Source: a virus. Taken from it: a DNA stretch of 64,000 nucleotides. How positions within the stretch are numbered: the stretch's first letter is position 1; each line of letters starts with the position of its first letter. Positions 56,584 through 64,000 of this stretch are shown piece after piece. The position numbers were made by a program, and so were the translations under genes. Below the pieces are notes generated by a model. The model was given only the letters and a program-made list of their open reading frames with translations. It did not search any database and was not told where the DNA came from. The stretch lies in IMG/VR virus record IMGVR_UViG_3300028840_007197, positions 30,907 to 94,906 of that record, one strand, 5' to 3'.

Positions 56584-57480
56584 TTACTCACTCTCAAGCA
56601 TCTTCTCAACCACACGCGCTGCCACCCTGGTAGCCATGATTTTTTTCTTCTTGAGCTCAGCCGGGTCCAGACCAACCTTTTTAAGGTCACTCTGAATATT
56701 AGGGGGCAAGTTGTGGAAGAGCTCCTGGTAATGGTTAGAGTCGAGGTGCTTGGTAAGATCTTCCATAGACCCCGGAGTCTGTTGTTCTTTTACCTCAATG
56801 ACCTCTTCTTCCTCAAGGTCCTGTTTCGGTTCTTCCTTAACAGGACCTTTTTCCTTTGCCGGGGCCTTCTTTTTAGCAGGACCTTTAGTTTTTTTGACAG
56901 ACTTCCATTCCAGTTTAGAACGCCTCTCCAACTCGTCACTCAAAGCTTTCACATGTGGCAGTATAGCCTTCGGTATATCCTTCTCGTGTTTGGTCATCCA
57001 TGATTTAAGAAACTTATCGAGTTCCTTCTCAGCCCCAGTCTGACTGTAGGCAAATTTGAACACATCTGCATCCATGTACTTCTTCAGAGTGCGATAGACA
57101 TTTTTAGGGAGCATTCTATCAGCGTTCTTGTTCTCATCAAGAAAACTCTTAAAAATCTTAGAGAGTGCCATTACTTTAGAGGCACTTCCAGGCTTACCCA
57201 TGAGCGTCTTGATCTCATCAGAAAGAGATGCCTTAATCATTTTAGAATACCTCTTTTCAAGTGACTCATACATCATCTCCGCCATGTCACCCTCGTCCTT
57301 TACGGATCGATGGGACGGCCCTGGCTTAAAATCAGAAGTAGAAAGAATACTATAGAGGTCTGACCACTGACCGCCATGGTAGTCATTAGCAAACCACCAA
57401 ATTGCAGCTTCTATATCAAAGTCGTCAGCCTCTCCTCTGAATTCTTTCTTGAGAAAATCCACCATTTCTTTCTTTTCCAC
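56584..57480 (-). CDS. Hypothetical protein
   Basis: GGAGG RBS favours GTG at 57480; N-terminal EAAIWWFANDYHGGQWSDLYSIL segment, charged C-terminus. Confidence 0.7.
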   Translation of the reverse strand: MEKKEMVDFLKKEFRGEADDFDIEAAIWWFANDYHGGQWSDLYSILSTSDFKPGPSHRSVKDEGDMAEMMYESLEKRYSKMIKASLSDEIKTLMGKPGSASKVMALSKIFKSFLDENKNADRMLPKNVYRTLKKYMDADVFKFAYSQTGAEKELDKFLKSWMTKHEKDIPKAILPHVKALSDELERRSKLEWKSVKKTKGPAKKKAPAKEKGPVKEEPKQDLEEEEVIEVKEQQTPGSMEDLTKHLDSNHYQELFHNLPPNIQSDLKKVGLDPAELKKKKIMATRVAARVVEKMLESE

Positions 57481-57490
57481 AGTATCCTCC

Positions 57491-58861
57491 CTACCACGTA
57501 ATGTTTTCAAAGGTGACTGTACGACCCCGTATAATCCTTGGCTCTGGTATCTCAGGCTTCGCGTTTATAACAGGACTGGCTGGAGACTTCAAAGCCTCTC
57601 TGTAAACATCGGATGAAGCAGGAACAGAAGTCTCACCACCCGTAATCGACAGTTTATATCTGATATCCTTCTCATCGATATGACTGATGGTGAAATGCTG
57701 CTGGTATATAGCTCCACGAGACCCCTGATAGTTTACCGGTCCGACAATATACCGCTCATTGTTCTGACGAACTATGACATCCCTCTCATTAAGAAGAGGA
57801 TAATCAGATGTCCATGTAAGCCAGTCATATCTTATATGAAGGCCCATGTCCGATAATTCTATAGACCGCTCAGTTTCTGGAGGAGCTATGACAATATCAT
57901 AAGGACCATCAAATCCGCCCTTATAATTAGTCCCCATACAATTTGGACAATCATGGTGACTCTGACCATACTGATACTCATAGGAGTCACATGTCTCACC
58001 CATCCACTTCCTTATAAACACCTTGACCCGCTCGCCACCCTGTTCAAGCATCCACCTGTTCCTGTTTATAGCCTCTCTCCAAATCCAATCCACCTCCTCA
58101 ATATCAAAAGTGCTTCTTGCAGACACCTCATCAAGAGGAGTCTCTATATAAGACCCCGGATTCGAGGGGTCATGAGCTACGGTCGTTACTTTATAGTATA
58201 TCCTTTGATTTAGAGCGGATACGACAGCATGTTTCAAATAACGATAAGACAATCGAATCTTACCATTTGGGGGCTTTGGTAACCGAGGGGGTATAGTTTG
58301 CTCCAGGGTATGATTATAGGTGAAACCACTTATAAGAGTTATTTCACCTGTCCTGCCATTAAGGGCGAATGCCGGTACCTGAAGCCACTGACCGTCCCCA
58401 TCATCTATCTCTACTAAAACATCTTGAGACCTGAACGAGCTATCGCCGTTTGATCCAGGCTTTACCACTGGTTTATATCTGGTCCAAACCACCCATTTAT
58501 TATCAGGTTCTTCATAGAACTTCAGCGTTGGAGTTGCATCTTCCCTCTCAACCAGATACTCCTGAGTCTGATCCCTGAAAAACAGTGCGGTCACTATGGT
58601 ATCATTGATCTTTTCGTAGGGCCCATAAGGGTTATCTGTTGACCTGTAGACATTCACTCCAGCGATGCATAAACCGTTATTCTCAGGAATAAGAGTAGGA
58701 TTATCCCAACGTATATCAGCAATCCCTATCAAATAGGGACTGGTCACCATAAGGTTCCGGGGAGCCATAGGAAGCGTAAGGTCCGGAGTCTGAGGACGCA
58801 GGGGATAATTATAATCCGGCCTCTGAGTCTGACTCAACCGACCAGAATGATAGACGGGCAT
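57491..58861 (-). CDS. Putative neck/head-closure protein with FN3-like N-terminus
   Basis: APRNLMV...IRWD...GVNVYRS FN3-like pattern; GERVKVFIRKW.G..C...CPNC.GT..GGF and WT..YP.L..RDVIV...RYIV closure-like pattern. Confidence 0.55.
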   Translation of the reverse strand: MPVYHSGRLSQTQRPDYNYPLRPQTPDLTLPMAPRNLMVTSPYLIGIADIRWDNPTLIPENNGLCIAGVNVYRSTDNPYGPYEKINDTIVTALFFRDQTQEYLVEREDATPTLKFYEEPDNKWVVWTRYKPVVKPGSNGDSSFRSQDVLVEIDDGDGQWLQVPAFALNGRTGEITLISGFTYNHTLEQTIPPRLPKPPNGKIRLSYRYLKHAVVSALNQRIYYKVTTVAHDPSNPGSYIETPLDEVSARSTFDIEEVDWIWREAINRNRWMLEQGGERVKVFIRKWMGETCDSYEYQYGQSHHDCPNCMGTNYKGGFDGPYDIVIAPPETERSIELSDMGLHIRYDWLTWTSDYPLLNERDVIVRQNNERYIVGPVNYQGSRGAIYQQHFTISHIDEKDIRYKLSITGGETSVPASSDVYREALKSPASPVINAKPEIPEPRIIRGRTVTFENITW

Positions 58862-61800
58862 TACGGTGTCCCCTCTTTATACAGTATCAGCGGTTTCCTC
58901 TGAGTCATAATCTTATGTGACCTGGACTGACTAGTACCTTCAATACTATCCGCTATCATTGAATAATTAAAAGCATACCCCTTACCGACCTTACACCCAT
59001 GAGTCTCACCTGACGTGGCCTGGTTCATGTAGAATGCAGCTGACCAGGTCCCGTCCGTCGTGAAACTTCTCTTGTTTATCGTGTACCACGAATCGAAGTT
59101 ATAAGCCTTAACCTCAAACATTCCATTGGTTAAGCTCATCCTAAACCTTACAGGATCGGAGAGTCCAAGGCCTCTGTATATTACTCTCATCACATCCCCT
59201 ACCCCCACTTCACCATCCATTGCATAACCATCCCAGACAATCTTCTCTCCCAGTACCGTATAATCTACACCAAACTCCTGAGCTACACCTCCAATCGCAT
59301 TCAAAACAACGGTGCAGTCTTCTGCCATCATGCTCAGATGGGTATACTTGTGGCGCACATCATCCGAATCAATGCATATATACTCTGTGAGATACTGGTT
59401 CCTCGTAATCTCATTGACTGGAAGCACATAAGTACAGTTATAGTTCTTGCCATCCAAAAGGATACCACCGGAACAAGTACCATCATTATAACTGATAGTT
59501 GCGGTATTATCAGCATTTGTGATATTAAAAAATACGGGGTCTATTGCATTTCTGAAATCGACCTCAATACTGAAATCCCCAGAGAAAGTGAAAGTCGAGT
59601 CAGCTCTGGCCTCATTAATCCCATCATAGGTCATCTCAAGGAAACCACTGCCCGTCTCCACTGTGGAGTCCCCAGAATATGTCATATCCCATAACCCAGC
59701 ATCATACTCTACATGGTTCCAGGCTCTGAAATCCCTGGGAATGAAATAATCTTCCAGTATATACCTTCCAGTCGGAACCGATGTCCGGTCCTCGACCGGT
59801 ATGAGAACCTTACCACTGCTGCCGTCGAACATAGGATAGGCACCAGAAAGAACCACAATGTTCGAGGAAGTATCCTGAAGAGCTCTGGATATCGTATGGT
59901 AAGGATGATCCAGTGTTCCGTTACCCCACCCATACGTGCCATCACCGGTAATTTCTGTACCATCACTGCCACTCTCTGAAACGAACACGGCACTCCCGAA
60001 GTTGATGTCACTATAATGGGAATGCAGAGTAATGGTATCAAGAGGGCTCTTGTTGAGGTTACAGATAACCCTAAGAGTATCACCCTCGGAGAGGATACCA
60101 TCCATCCCGAGACCATCCCAGAGTACGGTGTACTTAGCCACCGTGAAATCAGTGCCTAAATATTGAGCAGGTCCATCCACTGGGTTTACGGCTATATCTG
60201 AATAATCTACCCCGAAGAAATCGGGTATTCCTACTGATTTCCGGGTCATATCACTATCGGTAAGTTTTATATATGATACGAAAGCCTCTCTAAAAGAGTC
60301 GTATACATAAAATCTGTTAAGCTCTACCGTCTGATCAGTAAGACCTAGATAGTATGAGTCGTAATGGCCACCATCAATAGAAATTGTTGAATCGGCCACC
60401 GACATGGCCTTATCCAATGTTCTGAAGGGATCTTGCTGACCCCCAAAGTTCACATAGTCATCACCAGCGCTAGAGACATACCATGTACCGCTATGAGAAC
60501 CTTCAATATATTCATGAGCTCCAATATCTATGGAACCAAGACTAGCACGGTTTTTACGGTCTATATCAAGATAGTACCGGTCGTAGTCTCCAGTGCCAGC
60601 TCCGATATCGGGTGACCCGGAGGTCAACGAGTAGTCTCTACCCGCCTCGTTAGCATAAAGAGGGTCAGATGTGATATTAGCTGCGTCTACATCAGGGGTT
60701 CCAACGGGGTAAACAGTTACTGTCCCGTAGAAATTATTATTCAGAGAATAAACAGGGGAAGAATCATTGGATATTACCAGGCCATAGGTGCTATTGGTAA
60801 TATTGTTGGAGGCTACAACGCCAGAAGAGCTGCTATCAAGAATAATACCCCCGATGTTATCATCAAGAGTATTGGAAGATATTTCAATACTGCTCGTATC
60901 AAGGCACCTGATAGCTTCAGACGTGTCGTATATAACTGTACTATATACATAAGGATTAAACGATGAAGAAAAATCAACACCTATCTGTACGCCATGGATA
61001 ACAGTACTTCTTATAACCTGGTCGGAGTCGGTTCCCAAGAACTTAATACCTGTCGTTGCATCTCTGATTATACACTCAAAAACTTCTACATTTCTAGTAT
61101 TATTCGCAAGTATGTCTGCTTCCGGGGCACTTAGGGTCAGATTATGTATGCGTGCCTGGCAAGACTCGAAGGAGAGAGCGTTTTTCTCCCACCCTGACCC
61201 AGTAGTATCCTGAACATTATCTGAAGAAATAAGGGGGCGGCAACCGTTTGCTCCCCTAATGGTAAGATCTTTTCCAATTATTTCGGAAGGATTATGGGTA
61301 CCATCATAAAGAACAATGGTCCCACCCCTCTTTGCCCATGCTGTTGCTACAAACAGATTCTGAAGAGGCGTTAGAACTCGACCATCATTCGAATCAGACC
61401 CATATGATGCATCAACGTATAATACGGGCTCTGAAGTTTCTATATCAAAGAGTATCCCATCAAAAACCTTGAAGGTGTCAAAGCCAAAAGATACCTCGTT
61501 ATCTGACGTATCTGTATAATACTCAGCCCGTACTATGTCCCCGCTTACAAGAATATTTTCTAGGGGGATCGATGTCCCATCACCAGATACAGAGCTCTGG
61601 TCCCATATAAGCCTTTCGTTCTGAACCACAAAATCGGAACCGATATACTGTGGGGTCCCCTGAATAACACTGAAAGATACAGAGCTCGAATCATTCGGTC
61701 TTGCTGAAAGTGTAATGTACTTATTGGCTATATCCTGATCGGTTAGTCTGAGTTGATCGATGAAAGGATCGGCCGATTCGAACTTATTAAGCCCTATCCT

Positions 61801-63132
61801 AATTTTGAAGCGCTTGTTGGAGAGACCAGGAACGAACTCGGTCAGAATGGTCTGTGGGGTGCTTGTAGCATCGTAATATTGGAATGAAAATGCCTCTTCA
61901 TCCTTATAGAGTCTCCACGTAACAGATGAATTATCAACAGTTACGGCAGTCTGACTCTTTATGCCATCTACAGAGAATACTCCAAACGTGTTACCGTGTT
62001 TCCTTGAAAGCCCTACCCAGTTTGATGCATCACTATAAAGGAGGAAATAAGCATCATAGACACTAGCATCTGTCCCATATGGAATGTAGTCAATATCTGT
62101 GATGATACTCTTACCAGAAAGGCTGAACAGAGATTGTACAGACGGATTCCTGAAGTCTCCCTGAGAGGAATCAAAACGAACGAGATTGTTTAGGGTAACC
62201 GGTTCCTGAAGAGTCTCCCACCATTTTGTATTCCAGATAGTGCCCGTGAATTTTTCCTGAAAGAATGGCTCTATCTTCTTTTTAAAGATGATACCATCCT
62301 CAGCTCCTTCCACGCCATCTGCTGAAAGAGACCCACTGAATGTATATCCTTTTTCATACCACTGAGATATATACCCGCCAGCACCGCCACCACCATAAGC
62401 ATAATCTGTAGTACCACCATCAACAGAAATAGATCCAGTACCGTCTATATTCCAGGCTAGTATCCACACACTCCCGCCGGAACCTCCACCTGTCTCGACG
62501 GAAGCATCACCTGATTCTCCATTCATGGAAATGGTACCGTTTATGGTAACAGTACCACTTCTGGCTTCTAATTTTATCCCAGAGCCCCCTGAAGTAGCAT
62601 ATGAACCGCTTCCCAGCGATATTGGGGCCTCATAACTACCATAGGGCTCTTTTGGAGCTGGTACTATCTCGGAAGATGAACCCTCATAAATTACACGTAT
62701 CTGGTCTCCAACACCTATAAGGCCCTCAAGGGGTGTCCCGGCCCAGTTGAGAAGGTTCTCAAACACCACATAATAATCATCTGGATAGTACTGTGCAGAT
62801 GCTCCTAAAATATTCAGAGCAACATCAGTAGGATCATCAGGTAAACCACTAAGGCGTACATATCTGTTATCGATGTCATCCTGAGTAAGCGTAAACTCGT
62901 CTACTATAACTCCTGTGACTCCTGGGTCCGGAGTCTTATACCCCCTACCGGCATGGGTTGCCCCATAACCTTTGGTATAGTGACCGAGCTGATTAGTAAG
63001 GGTGCTATTAGCTCCGGGTCCCAGATTTGGACCAAATCCGTAGTCACTCCCATTTATGGATCCATCAATGAGGATATCACCGGAGACCGATTTTATAAGT
63101 CTGCTCTTACCGCTGGCAAATTTATAAGTCAC
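58861..63132 (-). CDS. Large accessory virion protein with DUF1565-like/right-handed beta-helix and repeated beta-modules
   Basis: YVDASYGSDSNDG...P, WYVSSAGDD...G...PFRTL.KA, FVSESGSD...GT...PYHTISRA; pectin-lyase-like NNITN repeats; Gly-rich GGGSGGSVWI segment. Confidence 0.75.
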   Translation of the reverse strand: MTYKFASGKSRLIKSVSGDILIDGSINGSDYGFGPNLGPGANSTLTNQLGHYTKGYGATHAGRGYKTPDPGVTGVIVDEFTLTQDDIDNRYVRLSGLPDDPTDVALNILGASAQYYPDDYYVVFENLLNWAGTPLEGLIGVGDQIRVIYEGSSSEIVPAPKEPYGSYEAPISLGSGSYATSGGSGIKLEARSGTVTINGTISMNGESGDASVETGGGSGGSVWILAWNIDGTGSISVDGGTTDYAYGGGGAGGYISQWYEKGYTFSGSLSADGVEGAEDGIIFKKKIEPFFQEKFTGTIWNTKWWETLQEPVTLNNLVRFDSSQGDFRNPSVQSLFSLSGKSIITDIDYIPYGTDASVYDAYFLLYSDASNWVGLSRKHGNTFGVFSVDGIKSQTAVTVDNSSVTWRLYKDEEAFSFQYYDATSTPQTILTEFVPGLSNKRFKIRIGLNKFESADPFIDQLRLTDQDIANKYITLSARPNDSSSVSFSVIQGTPQYIGSDFVVQNERLIWDQSSVSGDGTSIPLENILVSGDIVRAEYYTDTSDNEVSFGFDTFKVFDGILFDIETSEPVLYVDASYGSDSNDGRVLTPLQNLFVATAWAKRGGTIVLYDGTHNPSEIIGKDLTIRGANGCRPLISSDNVQDTTGSGWEKNALSFESCQARIHNLTLSAPEADILANNTRNVEVFECIIRDATTGIKFLGTDSDQVIRSTVIHGVQIGVDFSSSFNPYVYSTVIYDTSEAIRCLDTSSIEISSNTLDDNIGGIILDSSSSGVVASNNITNSTYGLVISNDSSPVYSLNNNFYGTVTVYPVGTPDVDAANITSDPLYANEAGRDYSLTSGSPDIGAGTGDYDRYYLDIDRKNRASLGSIDIGAHEYIEGSHSGTWYVSSAGDDYVNFGGQQDPFRTLDKAMSVADSTISIDGGHYDSYYLGLTDQTVELNRFYVYDSFREAFVSYIKLTDSDMTRKSVGIPDFFGVDYSDIAVNPVDGPAQYLGTDFTVAKYTVLWDGLGMDGILSEGDTLRVICNLNKSPLDTITLHSHYSDINFGSAVFVSESGSDGTEITGDGTYGWGNGTLDHPYHTISRALQDTSSNIVVLSGAYPMFDGSSGKVLIPVEDRTSVPTGRYILEDYFIPRDFRAWNHVEYDAGLWDMTYSGDSTVETGSGFLEMTYDGINEARADSTFTFSGDFSIEVDFRNAIDPVFFNITNADNTATISYNDGTCSGGILLDGKNYNCTYVLPVNEITRNQYLTEYICIDSDDVRHKYTHLSMMAEDCTVVLNAIGGVAQEFGVDYTVLGEKIVWDGYAMDGEVGVGDVMRVIYRGLGLSDPVRFRMSLTNGMFEVKAYNFDSWYTINKRSFTTDGTWSAAFYMNQATSGETHGCKVGKGYAFNYSMIADSIEGTSQSRSHKIMTQRKPLILYKEGTP

Positions 63133-63902
63133 TCTTCTTCATCCTCTGTGCGTTCGTTGTATGATTCCATCAACTCATCTGGTACCGGTATTATTAAACC
63201 TTTGGAGGTTAAATTTATACCACCCTCACAGATAAGATTCCCATTAAGTATTAAAGTTCCCCCTATGGTGGCGCTAATGATGCCAGTTCCGGTGATGTCA
63301 GGTATAGCGTCTCGGACAAGACGGATCGAATAGCCGCATGTTTTGGGGTCATCATCACTGTCAACATCTTCGCCATTGTATCGCAAATAATGATAATAGG
63401 AACTGCTGGCGTCATATTCTGTCTGTGTCCACAACAAGCACCGCTTTGTGATGTTAGAAAACGCCCCAGCAACAGATCGGCCACCGCCGGGCAAAGCAGT
63501 AAAACCAGATGAATTCGTGGCTCCCGAGTTAGGATACAACCAGTGCGTCGTACCCGTTTCCTTTAGTGGCCCACCGCCAACGGATATGCCACCGAAAAAA
63601 TCTGCAAGGTCCAGCAATTCTTGATGTGATGGAATGTGCCATCCGTCTATCGCAAGTTTTCCAGTATTTACAGTGTGCCAATTGTAAAGGGCTCCGTAAA
63701 CGGCCCAGTATGTCGCATAGTCGTTGTTGTACCAGCAGCGCCCAGGAGTAGACAACGCCGCCCATTCTGAATTTCCAGTTACATCCGGGATTTCCGTCCC
63801 ATCGTTCAACTTCGTGCATCTGAAATTCTCGACAGTCCACTCCTGGGTGCCGATAATCACCGTGTTGTAGACGTTCCCGTCAATGTCGGTGCAGGTTCCC
63901 AT
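63129..63902 (-). CDS. FISUMP (Fib_succ_major) domain protein with a C-terminal tail shared with the upstream gene
   Basis: TDIDGNVYNTV.IGTQEW..ENF, YGALYNW, GWHIPS, ATNSSGFTALPGG, GYSIRLVRD. Confidence 0.9.
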   Translation of the reverse strand: MGTCTDIDGNVYNTVIIGTQEWTVENFRCTKLNDGTEIPDVTGNSEWAALSTPGRCWYNNDYATYWAVYGALYNWHTVNTGKLAIDGWHIPSHQELLDLADFFGGISVGGGPLKETGTTHWLYPNSGATNSSGFTALPGGGRSVAGAFSNITKRCLLWTQTEYDASSSYYHYLRYNGEDVDSDDDPKTCGYSIRLVRDAIPDITGTGIISATIGGTLILNGNLICEGGINLTSKGLIIPVPDELMESYNERTEDEEE

Positions 63903-63968
63903 TGCGTCACTCTTCCATCATCTGGTCATAGTACCGCTTAATCTTGTTCTCGCGGTTGCCCTTCCAAT

Positions 63969-64000
63969 TCACTCTTCTTCATCCTCTGTGCGTTCGTTGT
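63969..64000. repeat. Exact 32-bp direct repeat of 63129-63160 (3' end of an upstream gene, NERTEDEEE*), running off the window edge
   Basis: TCACTCTTCTTCATCCTCTGTGCGTTCGTTGT occurs at both positions, 840 bp apart. Confidence 0.95.

Larger units (their letters stand above)
1..63902 (-). mobile_element. Segment of a large myovirus (jumbo-type) phage genome: neck/tail/baseplate module plus replication module
   Basis: Co-oriented, tightly packed minus-strand genes including sheath, tube, tape measure, spike, baseplate J/gp25-like proteins, PolA, DnaB and a sigma factor; no host housekeeping genes seen. Confidence 0.95.

Noticed and set aside
841-63751. Numerous plus-strand ORFs in the track
   Set aside because: Nearly all lie antisense to long minus-strand genes and show no recognisable motifs.
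1-64000. Stop-codon reassignment
   Set aside because: The standard code gives dense, full-length genes ending in TAA, TAG and TGA.

Overview
The window is a 64-kb slice of a large (jumbo-type) tailed dsDNA phage with a contractile tail. The host is probably bacterial, given the family-A polymerase, DnaB, CHC2 primase zinc finger and sigma factor. Essentially every real gene is on the minus strand. Read in transcription order (64000->1): FISUMP-domain and beta-helix accessory virion proteins, a neck-like protein, small acidic/Zn proteins, an actin-fold ATPase with an upstream partner, a tail-terminator-like protein, FmdB Zn-ribbon, sheath, a low-complexity acidic protein, tube, two paralogous tail chaperones, tape measure, two tube-initiator paralogues, hub, spike, a three-repeat putative spike tip, large baseplate and fibre proteins (gp25-like, J-like, I-like, YCF48-propeller fibre and its paralogue), then a replication module (SNF2, degenerate DnaC-like loader, DnaB, stand-alone primase Zn domain, PolA), a sigma factor and a GT2 glycosyltransferase. 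No capsid, portal or terminase genes, tRNAs, CRISPR arrays or recoded stop codons were seen. Most notable observations: (1) a volactin-like actin and a partner gene embedded in the morphogenesis region behind a putative late promoter; (2) strong enrichment of a D-[SATG]-[ST] tripeptide in several virion proteins, with a phage-encoded GT2, suggesting a possible virion glycosylation sequon; (3) a recurring intergenic motif (TAATCTCTTAAT-like) that may be the phage sigma promoter; (4) a chimeric FISUMP gene flanked by an exact duplicate of its own 3' end; (5) small beta-modules shuffled among many virion proteins. All protein assignments come from motif recognition by eye, not database searches.
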